Source of the DNA: Octopus sinensis
Lineage: Eukaryota
DNA: 64,000 bases
Direction: 5' to 3'
NCBI RefSeq assembly: GCF_006345805.1
Contig: NC_043000.1
Coordinates: forward strand, 22,444,001-22,508,000
The stretch's first letter is position 1; the number at the start of each line of letters is the position of its first letter. Below, piece after piece: positions 1-11,273 of the stretch. The position numbers and the translations under genes were made by a program. The notes under the pieces were generated by a model. It was not told the DNA's origin and ran no database searches. It saw nothing but the letters and a program-made list of their open reading frames with translations.

Positions 1-182
1 GATGGGAGTCTTAACTCATGCAGTTAATTGATCAAGCTCCAAGTGGTAAAATGTATTTGAACTGATGTGTCTTGAGGAAGGGGAACAGTGATGCTAGAAA
101 CAAAATAGAACTTTGAAGAAATTGGTTACTGCATTCGATGGTATATAGATGCAGCGAATATTCAGAATAAAAAGGTTTTAGA

Positions 183-1130
183 GCACAAGATTATCCACCA
201 TCTTTCCAACACAACCTTGGGCACCTTTTTGAATTCCATATGACTAGCACTTGTGGACATGCTCACAAAATCAAAAATCAATACATGACTTTCAGAAACA
301 GGTTTTCATGCTCAGAATTATTGAAGCATGGAAGAGACTATCCCCATCAGTTGTCAGCTGCTGGGACACTACATCCTTCAAAACTTCCATGCTTCCTGAA
401 ATTTTCCAATAGTACTCCAGATGTTTCTCCACTTTTTTTAATGACTCAATCACTGTTTACTTCATCATCATCATCGTTTAACATCCGTTTTCCATGCTAG
501 CATGGGTTGGACAGTTCGACCAGGGTCTGGGAAGCCAGGAGGCTGCACCAAGCTCTAGTCTGCTCTGGTAGTGTTTCTACAGCTGGATGCCCTTCCTAAC
601 ACCAACCACTCCGTGAGTGTAGTGGATGCTTTTTACGTGCCACCAGCACAGGGGCCAGAGGTGGCTGGCAACGGCCACGATCGGTTGGTGCTTTTTACGT
701 GCCACCGGCACGGACACCAATCAAGGCAGCACTGGCATCAGCCACGTTCGGATGGTGCTTTTTATGTGCCACCGGCACAGGTATCACAACTTCAATTTCC
801 ATTTGATTTTTATTTTGATGTTGATGTACTTGACTCAATAGGTCTCCTCAAGCACAGCAGGTCACCCTACGATCCAAGGTAAGCACAGCAGGTCGTTCTG
901 CAGTCCAAGGTACTTCAGATGGGCTGGGGCTACGATCCAAGGTAAGCACAGCAGGCCATCCTGTGAGCCATGAACTCACTTCATTTGTCGGGTCTTCACA
1001 GTCATAGCATATCTCCAGAGGTCTCGGTCTTTCATTCTGTGCATTATTGCATGTATAATTTATGCACTTTTGGCTAGTTTTTCTGATTAGTTATTGTGCA
1101 CCTGAGTATGGTATACAATAAGTTCATTAT
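183..1130 (+). mobile_element. CR1-clade LINE 3' fragment, split by an RTE 3'UTR insertion (462-1033)
   Basis: Degenerate translation 'TCGHAHKIK...FHAQNY..AWKRL..SVVSC' matches the CR1 ORF2 C-terminus (GH.xK...FF..R....WNxLP..VV). It is homologous in inverted orientation to 5700-6390, including the 3' tail 'gtgcacctgag..tgtatacaata'. Confidence 0.75.
462..1033 (-). mobile_element. RTE-type LINE 3' end / 3'UTR with (GAT)n tail (abundant dispersed repeat)
   Basis: Same sequence as 43024-43520, which is contiguous with an RTE ORF2 C-terminus. Begins with (tca)n-tcgtttaac. Confidence 0.8.
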
Positions 1131-2659
1131 ATTTTCTTTTCCTCCTCTTCCCACTCTTATCCCTTTTTGTCACTTACTGCTTTTCCCCCTTGTTCCTCTC
1201 CCTCTCTTCCCTTTTTCTTGTTTTCTTCACCCTCTTCCACTCCTTCATTCTGTATCCTGAAAATTGTTCGCAAACAATTGTTTGAAAACAATTATTCAAA
1301 AAAACAGTTATTCGAAATAAATATCATTTGTGTACTTAATTTTTTAATTTTATCATTTTTGTTTAAATAAAGTAAAAAATTTAGAATAATGAACATTTTA
1401 TATAATTGTCCTTTTGAATAATTTTCATTTATACAATTTTCCATTCGAATAAATGTTTTACAAACAATGTTCACATAATCCTTCATTCTCTTTCCCCTCT
1501 TTATCTTCTCCTTTTTCACCCTGTTCTTCTTGTGTGCCTCATTTTCTTGATATTGTGTAATAGCTATGTAACTCTTGAAATCAAGAGTAAAAGGAATGGA
1601 GATATTTATCTCCAAGACAGTAAGGTGTGTTCTCTTAATATTTTCATACTTTTATGGATGATACAGCTTAATCAATTTTGCAGGCTGAATTTAACTTTCA
1701 AAACCATAGCAAGTCTGGAAAGCCAATATTTTCAAGCACAAACTAGAAACCCAATGTACAAGTGGTCAAGAAATTCTGTTTGCACATACATAGTTTCAAG
1801 TTCAGTCCACTGTGTGGTACCCTGGGCTGGTGACTTCTATCAAAGATTCGTATTGACCAAAGCTTGGAGAATGAAATTGGGTAGATGGAAACTATGGAAA
1901 CCTGCTGAAGATACCATTCCTATCATTGAAAGGTAGGCTTCATCCATCACCCAGGTAAACACCATCATCTGAATACCTCTAGTAAAGTCAAATCTTTTGC
2001 AAGCATTCGATAACTTCTCTTGTTTCCACCATTTTCAGAGGCCCTGGAAGGGGCTTGGATGCTGCCATTCCTCCTCTAATTAAGCCAATGGGCAATTAAC
2101 ACAGGATAGAAGACAAGTTCACTTTGAGTTTCCCTTCATGTCTTCTATCCACCTACAAAATATAATCAATCCAGAATTTCTTCACAGCATGGCACTTCTC
2201 AAACCAATAATAATGAAACTTTCCATCATCACAACAGAGCTTTCTAATAGATACAACAAATCACTTCTAAAGACTTCTATCATGATACAGCCACATGACA
2301 CAGTTTTAGAGAGGAAAGGATCCAAGCATACTCAGTCTTCTTATCAACTGCTACAATAATATTGTAATGACTGCCTAACATTCTGTGAATGAAATTGTGG
2401 AATTAACAATATTTATTTTAGACATAATTTCATTATCAAATCTTAAGGTGAAAAAAGCATCAGATACTTTGTCCTATACAGAAACTTGGAGGAGCTCCTC
2501 AGAGGTATTACAAGCTCTTCTGAATTCATCACAGTGTTAGAAATCCCTTTTCTATCTTCAGTAGGTATCTCAGGGTCACAAGCATTTTGCCCTTTAGCCT
2601 GTATGCATCGCTTAAGAGGGACAGTGAGGACTGAATTAGTCTTCACCTGCTGGAGGGTA

Positions 2660-3318
2660 CTAACTGTGGTCTCCTGTCAACCATAGCCACCTTGAGCTGG
2701 TTTCAGTTGCTATGTCTATCTCCTTGGTGGCTTCCTTCAATTGTCTGTGTTCTAGACAAATCTTTTGCAGGAAATAGCATACCAATGTAACTGGAGATCA
2801 TGTACCATCTTTTGACAAATGCCTTGTTGTTGTTTGTTCCTTCTCGAGCCATGCCTAGCTCATAAGGGCCAGTTTCCTGGTTTCATTGGCGTATAGGTTC
2901 CCCACCTGGATGGGACGCCAGCCCGTCGCAGGTGAGCTGAAAGATGCAGGAGGAAAGAGTGAGAGAAAGTTGTGGTGAAAGAGTCAGCAGAAGTTTGCCA
3001 TTACTTTCTGCTGGAGCCGCATGGAGCTTAGGTGCTTTGCTCATAAACACACGCATCGTCCGGTCTGAGATTCAAACCCACTATCCCTCAGTCTGCTGCT
3101 CTAACCACTAGGCCATGTGCCTCCACTATAAGGCCTTGTTGACCAAGTCCTGATATTTGCTTTTTTTTAGCTGGTAGGAATTGTTAAGTCACTCCTTCCA
3201 GAGCCCTGTAAGTTTCAACTGCAATGAATATTTTTACACTCCTGGAGAGAAGGAACATGTCTGGTTGGAATGATGTTACTGCTGCTTCCTCTGGGAAGCC
3301 GAATCTGTTCTTCAGGTC
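2660..3318 (-). mobile_element. Hero-like (R2-superfamily, RLE) non-LTR retrotransposon C-terminal relic, interrupted by a SINE
   Basis: After removing the 2830-3132 insert and allowing frameshifts, the minus strand reads DLKNRFGFPEEAAVTSFQPDMFLLSRSVKIFIAVE/LT..WKE*..KYQDLVNKAFVKRW..PV..FLQKICLEHRQLKEATKEIDIATETSSRWLW. This is the PD..ELT.PWE..KY RLE signature plus the Hero-type ending A.E.SSRWLW. Confidence 0.75.
2830..3132 (-). mobile_element. tRNA-headed SINE (family D) with 9-bp TSD GCCTTGTTG
   Basis: TSD at 2821-2829 and 3133-3141. Minus strand begins gtggaggcacatggcctagtggttagagcagc...gggtttgaatctc (A/B-box-like). Confidence 0.85.
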
Positions 3319-4429
3319 CTAACAATCGATTATTTGAAAAAAGCCTTTCTATCTTTTTCCATAATCTTGGATTTTATTAAAAGGACAGTTTTTTACAAGT
3401 CTTAAATAATGTCCCTCAAACTTTTTTGTTTGACCATAAAAAGAAAGGGGTCAAGCAGTGTAAATTTATGAAACACCTCTCAGTTATATAATCCACTAAT
3501 GTTTAGTGGTGTACTGTGCCTCATCCCCATGTTTTTTTTTTCAACACAAAGCAGAGTGATCCATTTAGAGAGAAGTACCTTTCCCAATGACAGTGTTAGG
3601 ATATAAATTATTGACGTTTTGGAAAGGTGCGTGGCTTCTGTTGTAAAAACGTGTTTGCCACGAATGATTTCTACTGGAACAATAACCAAAGTTTAAAGTG
3701 TTTTAAATCTGCTGATGTAAGTGGAGTTATTTAAAAACAAATTGAAAACATTTAAGAAATGCCAGTTGGTACAATCAATCTCTATATTAAGTCAATACCT
3801 TTTTGTTCTGGGAGAGGGGGCCAGTCGATTAGATCGACTCCAGTATGCAACTGGTACTTAATTTATCGACCCGGAAGGATGAAAGGCTAAGGCGACCTTG
3901 GCAGTATATTAAGTCAATAGTGATAAATTATATACTGTAGAATATTTAAAAAGGAATGAATATAGCATAAATCTATTAATGTTCGTAGAATGGCCCACAA
4001 GGTTGTTTAGCATCAGGAACGACGGGCTTCCGCACTGTATCTGTCACTTAATGTTTTGGTCGATCTGAAGCTATCGCAGAAAGTGATAGAATGGGATTTG
4101 AGAAAAATTCGACTGCTATTTCTGGTAGATCAAACGACTACATAGAGGCTCTCTCGTTGCTTCATCATACAAAATTGTTATCTTTACATGATACGACCCT
4201 AGGTTCCATTTAATTTTAACTCTATCAGTGGATCATTTACCAATAAGTTTTAATTACACTCTAAAATACGACTTTTTGAAAAAAAAAAGAAAGCATTTTT
4301 AGAAACTTCATCTCAATGCATTTAACTTATAAGAACGGATTTAATCAAAAAGAAACACATAAAAGTAAATAAATTTGTAACGAATGTGTGTATGTGTACA
4401 TCCATACACACATACACATAATATATTTA

Positions 4430-4635
4430 TATTAGACGGATAAACCCTATCTGCTTCCCCCTTTACACTTTACATCATGACATTTCTGTGATACACGATC
4501 CCTATTGATCGTTTATTTTCTTTTTTTTCTTTCCCTTTTGATCGAAAACCTACCCCACTTTTTTTTCCTTTTCTCTCCATAAAGAAAAGCTCTACTTTGT
4601 AATCGGTCCTGTCTGTGTGGCTAATAAAGAAACAT
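4430..4635 (+). mobile_element. probable LINE 3' terminal fragment ending TGTGGCTAATAAAGAAACAT
   Basis: Pyrimidine-rich 3'UTR-like stretch ending in AATAAA. The last 20 bp recur exactly at 28405-28424. Confidence 0.45.
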
Positions 4636-4923
4636 TAATACAAAAAAGTAAGACGAGATGAATACTAAATATTTTTATATATTTACGATTTCAAGCTGTA
4701 ATTAACAGAATTCTATTGATGGTGACAAGTGAAGAAACAGTTCGTATATTTTGTCCCAAAATCATTAGAAACACATTTTGGAAACGACAACATAAAGTCA
4801 AGGTGAATAAGGTTGCATTTGGTGTTGCTCCAGTCTTTCATCTTCACAATCACTTTGAACATTGTTGCATATTCGATAGTGAGGACCATCTGTTAGTAAA
4901 ATCTTCTAAGGGAGTTTTCTTGG

Positions 4924-5208
4924 TTATACAGAAGACAGAGAATGTACTGCTTCTAAAACCTCGCCCGATGTAAATCCAGTGAGGGGTAAACTCGATTCTC
5001 TGCCGTATTCAAAACGTGCGAATATCTTCGGTTGGATGCCATTACATTCTCGAATAAGAATAGGAAGATGGGGATTCTCCTGCTTAATAGCTACATAGTG
5101 TTGTTCTATAAAATCCCGTACACCTTTACTCGAGCTGCATCTCTGGCATAGATGTACTCTCAGTTCTTTTAAATGTTGTCCGAAGCGCAGAGCCTTGGAA
5201 GCAGCCAT
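4924..5208 (-). CDS. NDUFA2: NADH dehydrogenase [ubiquinone] 1 alpha subcomplex subunit 2 (CI-B8), 94 aa, single exon
   Basis: Complete ATG-to-stop ORF with the family motifs ELRVHLCQ..S.SKGVRDFIE..Y...K..NP.LPILIREC.G.QP...AR...G.E. Both conserved cysteines are present and the length is right. Confidence 0.96.
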   Translation of the reverse strand: MAASKALRFGQHLKELRVHLCQRCSSSKGVRDFIEQHYVAIKQENPHLPILIRECNGIQPKIFARFEYGRESSLPLTGFTSGEVLEAVHSLSSV

Positions 5209-5272
5209 TTTGACCTTCGCTTAGCAGGAGTTCTCTACCTTGGTTTCCAAAGCAGTTCCATTATTATCTCCC

Positions 5273-5280
5273 CTTTTATA
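5273..5280 (-). promoter_or_regulatory. TATA box (TATAAAAG) 65 bp upstream of the NDUFA2 ATG
   Basis: Plus-strand cttttata at 5273-5280 is a consensus TATAWAAR on the gene's strand. Confidence 0.5.
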
Positions 5281-5466
5281 ATCCCATTATTTTTTCCTCT
5301 TGATGTACAAAAATAAAAATTACACACATATATTTTTAAACATTATGTGTAAATGTGTTTATATATCTTGATAAATATCTTCAAATCCCGCCAAGGCCAA
5401 CTCTGATATTCATCCTTCTAGTATCGATGAAATAAAATTTATAATAATGAACTTATTGTATACATA

Positions 5467-5697
5467 ATTCTTTACTACCCACAAGGGGCTAAACACAGAG
5501 AGGACAAACAAGGACGACAAACGGATTAAGCCGATTACATCGACGCCAGTACGTAACTGGTACTTATTTAATCGACCCCTAAAGGATGAAAGGCAAAGTT
5601 GACCTCTGCGGAATTTGGACTCAGAACGTAACGGCAGACGAAACACTGCTAAGCATTTCGTCTGGCGTGCTAACGTTTCGGCCAGCTTGCCGCCTTC
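5467..5697 (-). mobile_element. tRNA-headed SINE family A
   Basis: Near-identical to 45443-45676, 52570-52797 and 25030-25255: head gaaggcggc-agctggc, B-box gagttcaaattcc, tail cccttgtggg-agtaaagaa. Confidence 0.9.
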
Positions 5698-5699
5698 TA

Positions 5700-6390
5700 T
5701 TGTATACAGTGCTCAGGTGCACTGCAACTCACCAGAAAAAGTAATGAAAACTGCATGAACAGCAGGTAAAATAATACACAGGAAGTGAACAGTAAACAAG
5801 TCTTGAGAAAAGAAACGGGAGTGGGAAGCATCAGGTGTTCTGTTGGCGAATTTCGGGAAGCATGGAAGTTTTGAAGGATGTAGTGTCTTGACAGCTAACA
5901 ACTGATGCAGGTAGTTTATTCCATGCTTCAGCAATTCTGAACATGAAAAAATGCTTCTGAAAATCATGGGTGCTATGTTGTTTTTTGATTTTGTAAGCAT
6001 GTCCATGAGTGCTAGACATATGGAATTCAAAAAGGTACCTAAAGTTATTGTTTGGAAAGATGGTGAATAATCTTGTGGGTGTCTACCAAGTCAGTTGTCA
6101 GATGTTGGAGCTTTAATGTGTCTGTGCTCAGGTAAACAAGACGTTCAGAGTATGGTAAATGTCTGACGGAGGGTATTCATCTGGTTGCACGTCTTTGAAC
6201 AGTTTCCTCAAAATTGATATGCCAAGCAAAGTAGAGATTCCAGACTGGTAATACAAGCTCTAAGTGTAGACGTACCATAATCATATACGACTTTATACAG
6301 TCTTGCTGAGTAATGCTAAGACACCCTCAGCCTTCTTGACAATCTTAGAGATGTGGTTTGTTCAATGAAGATTCATCAGTGTCACGAATG
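5700..6390 (-). mobile_element. CR1-clade LINE ORF2 3' fragment (degenerate)
   Basis: Translates as MVRLHLELVLPVWN...TVQRRATR*IPSVRHLPYSERL...DLVDTHKII and HGHAYKIKK...HFFMFRIAEAWNKLPASVV, the standard CR1 post-RT motifs. Confidence 0.85.
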
Positions 6391-6584
6391 GTAATTGATC
6401 TTAATCCAGTGTTTCTCAGAATCTAAGGAACTGGTAAAATTGAAAAGCAGACAAATTGCCATGTTCATTAAAATTCAGATGGTTCTAAACTTGTCCAAGC
6501 CGAAGGTGAAGAAATAAGAATTATATAAACTCTATACTTTCTTCTCATTAATAAAGAAGAATGGTAAAGAATTTCACTCATAAA

Positions 6585-6930
6585 TGAGTGGCTATATGGT
6601 AAGAAGTTTGCTTTCCACCCACATGGTTCCACGTTCAGTCCCACTGCATGGCAACTTGGGAAGGTGTCTTCCACTAAAGTCCCAAGCTGGTCACTATCTT
6701 GTGAGTGAATTTGGTAGATAAAAACAGAAAGAAGTCTCTTGTATATATATCTATTTGTACTTGTCTCTCAGCATTGCTTGACAACCAGTGTTGGTTTGTT
6801 TACATCACCATAACTCAGCAGGTCAGCAAAAGAGACCTACAGAAAAAGTACTAGGCTTAAAAATAAATACTAGTGATCCATTCGACTAAAATGCATAGTC
6901 ACAGTCTAATGATTGAAACAAAATAAAAGA
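6585..6930 (+). mobile_element. SINE family B (tRNA-like head + CTTGGGCAAG core + microsatellite + 3' domain), degenerate
   Basis: Homologous to 17617-18030 and 29233-29538. Confidence 0.8.
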
Positions 6931-7250
6931 ACATTATGTACATTTGACGGATATTTGTCCTCATCATTTGTTGTTAACACGTTTCAGCTGATATACCCTC
7001 CATCCTTCATCAGGTGTCATGGGGAAATTTTGAACCTGTGTTCTCATTCCTAAGGTATTTTACGATGTTACTATTATTATTATTATTCAGGTCACTGCTT
7101 GGAATCGAACTCGAAATCTTGGGGTTAGTAGCCCGCGCTCTTAACTACTACACCATATACCCTGAAACGTTGAGTTAACAACAAACAAGATGAGGACAAA
7201 TATCTGTCAAATGTGAATAATGTACATAATTCCTCATCTCTTAAATATAG
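6931..7250. mobile_element. Penelope-like element relic with ~57-bp inverted arms (6931-6987 / 7162-7224)
   Basis: Arms catttgacggatatttgtcctcatc..ttgttaacacgtttcag and ctgaaacgttgagttaacaac..gatgaggacaaatatctgtcaaatg. Carries the CTGATGA..GAAAC motif typical of Penelope pseudo-LTRs. Confidence 0.65.
6976..7018 (-). ncRNA. degenerate minimal type-I hammerhead ribozyme motif
   Basis: Minus strand reads GACAC-CTGATGA-A-GGATG-gagggtatat-CAGCT-GAAAC-GT-GTT. Stem II has a mismatch and the cleavage triplet region appears deleted in this copy. Confidence 0.55.
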
Positions 7251-7512
7251 AGAGATAAAAGAAGATAGTCTCATAACTGCCAATTTATCCCAACAAACAG
7301 TTTCCTACTAAAGAACCTTTCTATTGTAGAAAGGTAAACTTACAATCACTGGACATGGCCCTGATCAAAATTGGAAGGTTCTTCAGCATGAAACCATTCA
7401 GTGACATAAAATGACTATTATTGGATTATATATATAATACTGTATAAATAATATACCCACTCTGTTAACTAGTGTTTGTTATGTTTTGACTTAAAAACCT
7501 TACTAGACAACT

Positions 7513-7576
7513 GTATGTATGTATGTATGTATGTATGTATGTATGTATGTATGTATGTATGTACGTACATACGTGC

Positions 7577-7607
<31 letters not shown>

Positions 7608-7800
7608 TGTATGTATGTATGCATGTATGCATGCATGCCCTGTTGTTGATGTTGAAATTCCAATGAAGGAACCTTGGATCTAGATTAGAAACCAGTTCTT
7701 ACACAATTGGCAAGAAATTTTGAAATAAACTGAATAATGACATACATACATACATACATATATTATCATCATCATCATCATCATCATCATCATATATTAT
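7513..7800. repeat. (ATGT)n / (CATA)n / (CAT)n microsatellite cluster
   Basis: Directly visible tandem runs. Confidence 0.9.
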
Positions 7801-7819
7801 CATCATACATATATTATCA

Positions 7820-8165
7820 TATTTATTGGCTCCCATGCCGGTGGCACATAAAAAGCACCATGATTGTTAACCAGCATTGCCTTACTGGTGCTTATGTAAG
7901 TGAAAAACAACATTTGAGCAAGGTCGTTGCCAGTGCCACTGGACTGGCTCGTGTGCAGGTGGCACAAAAAAACACCATTTGAGTGTGGCTGTCACCAGTA
8001 CCACCCGACTGGCCCTTGGAGTGGTTGGCATTAAAAAGGGCAACCAGCTGTAGAAACTCTGCCAGATCAGATTGCAGCCTCTGACTCACCAGTCCTAATT
8101 CAAACCGTCCAACCCATGCCAGCATGGAAAGCAGACGTTAAACGATGATGATGATGATGATGATA
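7820..8165 (+). mobile_element. RTE 3'UTR fragment with (GAT)n tail
   Basis: Homologous to 62470-62790; ends gcagacgttaaacgatgatg. Confidence 0.8.
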
Positions 8166-8399
8166 TTAATGGATGAAAAATGGACAAGTGAAGTAGTTCT
8201 GAATAGTATGAAAAGTAAGTGGTATCAAAGAGGGGCTATGGTTAGGGAGATGATGGGTGGTGAGGGTGTCTTAAGGAGTAAGGAGGACTTTGGGCAAAGG
8301 GCCCATTTGTACATCATCATCATGCTGGCATGGATTAGACACAATGCTACTAAAATTCAGTTTCACCGAGATGAGTGAATCTCCATGCGAACTGCATAT

Positions 8400-8700
8400 T
8401 ACCATTCATCCTTGTTCTTTGTCATCACCTCTGTGAGACTGAGGGTCCAGAGATCAGTCTTCATCCCTTTTGTCCATATTTTCCTGGATCTCTCTCTTCC
8501 ACAGGCTCCATCTATATTAAGTGAATGGCACTTCTTTATACATCTGTCCTCATCCATACGTATCCCATGTCCTTATCAGCACAGTCTTCTTCCTTGCTCA
8601 CTACGTTCGATTTCTCTTATGCTCCGCTTTTTCTCTCAGCTCTTTTGTACTTTGTCTTTTATGCTCTCTTACACATTCAACATTCAACAGATGAGTGCAG
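8400..8700 (-). mobile_element. RTE LINE ORF2 C-terminal relic
   Basis: RRLC**GHGIRMDEDRCIKKCHSLNIDGACGRERSRKIW, homologous to the ORF at 43529-43822. Confidence 0.75.
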
Positions 8701-9078
8701 TCAGACATCATCATTGACATTATTGTTTTAATGTCCACTCTTCCGTATATGTGCGGGTCAGATGGAATTCATTGAGGCCAGATTTCTCTGACTGGATGCC
8801 CTCCCTGTCATCACTCCTCACCTGTTTCCAAGTAAGGTAATATTTCCTTATGGCTGGGTATGCTTTGGCAGAAGATTGGAAATGAAGGACACTGCTTGTA
8901 TGATGGTGATGCTCGTTTACAACCATCACATGATGTCAGGCAAAGAGACACAAATGCATGCACACAGATATCTATGCATGTGTGTGTGTATGTGAGTGCG
9001 TGCGCGCATCTGTGTGTGTATATACATGCATCAACTACTCATGGACAAACTTTGGGCATAACAAAAATGCAAAATAAG

Positions 9079-9225
9079 AAACCAGCACACAGATTAGGAT
9101 ACTGGAATATACAGACAATGACCACTGGGCCATCAGGTAATCTGAAAATCAGTGATGCATGACAGACAGGAATAATTAACAACAAACTGCTAAAGTCTCA
9201 AGTGGACATTACAGCATTACAAGAA
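9079..9225 (+). mobile_element. RTE LINE apurinic-endonuclease N-terminal relic
   Basis: LGYWNIQTMTTG...A*QTGIINNKLLKSQVDITALQE matches the APE motifs WNVRTM and DI.ALQE. Confidence 0.7.
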
Positions 9226-9639
9226 CTGTTTTCTCAGGGAAAAGCAAAGGCCAATACAACTTGGCACCAATGACATTACTACTCATTTTTTCAGCCAAGT
9301 GAACTGGAACAACATGAAATAAAGTGTCTTGTCCAAGAACACAACATTCAGCCCAGTTTGGGAATTGAACTCACTATCTCATCTTCCAGGAGTATTTATC
9401 TAATTTGCTTAGAGTGTTTTCACAGGTAGGTATCCTGCATTCAAAATTTACTATATTCTCTGTAAAATACCAACCCACTTGATGATGATATATGTATAAA
9501 TTAATAAAAACAGTTAGTTGCAATGTTAAACCGTAAAGGTATGTATATATATCTATATATTTCTCTTAAGCAAAGAATTTCTCTTATTTTTAATTGCCTC
9601 ATTCATTCAGACCCATCTAACCCACAACATTACTAACCT

Positions 9640-9885
9640 TTTTTCTTGGCTACATATATATACACATTTCGTACTATTCTCTAAAATATTTCTTTCATGT
9701 TTGTTCCGCCCCACAAAAGAATTAACCTTGTTTCTTGGCTACATGTATATACATATTTTGTATTTTTCTCTGCTCGAAACGGTAAACCGTCTTTCTTTCC
9801 TTTCCTGAGTGTCTGCTAATACACTACATGTACCACGTCCTCGCGTTGTTGTGTTTTTGTGTTTGTTCTTTTCGGGATTTACTAT
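9640..9885 (+). mobile_element. Penelope-like pseudo-LTR relic containing a hammerhead 3' half (9776-9791)
   Basis: GAAAC-GGT-AA-ACC-GTC forms stem III plus a GUC triplet, but the CTGANGA box is missing. A ~45-bp local duplication lies upstream. Confidence 0.45.
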
Positions 9886-10001
9886 ATACATATATATATA
9901 TACATATAAATCTATATATATGTACATATAAATATATATATACATATATATATACAGATACATCTATATATATATATATATACATCTATATATATATATA
10001 T

Positions 10002-10171
10002 CATCATCATCATCGTTTAACATCTGCTTTCTATGCTAGCATAGGTTGGACGATTTGACTGAGGTCTGGCGAACCAGATGGCTGCATCAGGCTCCAATCC
10101 TGCCACATCAAGATTGGAGCCTAGTGCAGCCATCGTCCAACCCATGCTAGCATGGGAAGCGGACGTTAAAT
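10002..10171. repeat. fold-back of two RTE 3' tails joined head-to-head
   Basis: Left arm (cat)n-cgtttaac..gatggctgcatcaggctccaatc, 12-nt spacer, right arm gattggagcct..gcagccatc-gtccaacc..gttaaat-(gat)n. Confidence 0.85.
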
Positions 10172-10192
10172 GATGATGATGATATATATATA

Positions 10193-10233
<41 letters not shown>

Positions 10234-10245
10234 TATATACATACA

Positions 10246-10278
<33 letters not shown>

Positions 10279-11096
10279 GTAAATATCTATACATATAAAT
10301 TCGACATGGGCGATTCTTTCTTGTCTTGGGATTCATGGTCAAACGGCTTGGTGGAATTGCACGAAAAATGTAGAATGATCCGGTGGTGATACTGAGCTTT
10401 GTATTTTTTCATAGCTCCCATGGTTACCGAGATAATCTACTTTAATAATACTCTTGTGTTTATGAATGAGAAAGGAAGTGGTGATGAAAATTGTATGCTG
10501 AAAAACTAAATCAAACAGCATTTCAACTTTGTGTGAATATGTGTGTGTGTGTGTATGTGAATGTGCGTGTGTGTGAGCATGTGTGTGCATGTGTGCTTGC
10601 AATGGAAGTGGGATGGTTCATCTTTGTTTACTTAGTATTTGGGGTTTTTTTGATTTGGTCAAATCTTGGTTGGTTGTTTTTTTTTTGTTGGTCAGTTATT
10701 TTTGGCATTTTGACAGAAAAAAGTCATTCTAAAATTGTTTTTTAACGTAAGCATGCTCAAACAAGTCAAATGCTTACACAGAGCACGTTTTACAGCCACA
10801 TCATCCAAGCTGACCGGGTGAAACTGGGCTTAGCTGCTAGTATATATATATATATATATATACTGGCCTGCTCGCTTAGCCAGCAGGGTGGCATCATTTG
10901 AAGGCTAAAATAATGCGAAGCGCATTGTGACCAGCGATGTGTAGCAACATCCGATAGCCTGGTCAGTCACGGTGATATATATATATATATACATAAATAC
11001 ACATATATACATATATATACATACATTTATATGTACACATATATATATACATATATACATGCATACATATATTTATATATATATATAAATACATAT

Positions 11097-11149
<53 letters not shown>

Positions 11150-11242
11150 TATATACACATATACACATACATATATATAAATCTATATATACATGTATAT
11201 ATATATATATACATATGTACATATACATCTATATATGTACAT

Positions 11243-11273
<31 letters not shown>

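Noticed and set aside
571-882. Recurrent ORFs of the type FLQLDALPNANH..FYVPPAQ
   Set aside because: Antisense or alternative-frame readings of the RTE 3'UTR repeat; frames are not conserved between copies.
4716-4973. 85-aa ORF antisense to the NDUFA2 3' end
   Set aside because: No recognisable motif; expected by chance opposite a CDS and UTR.
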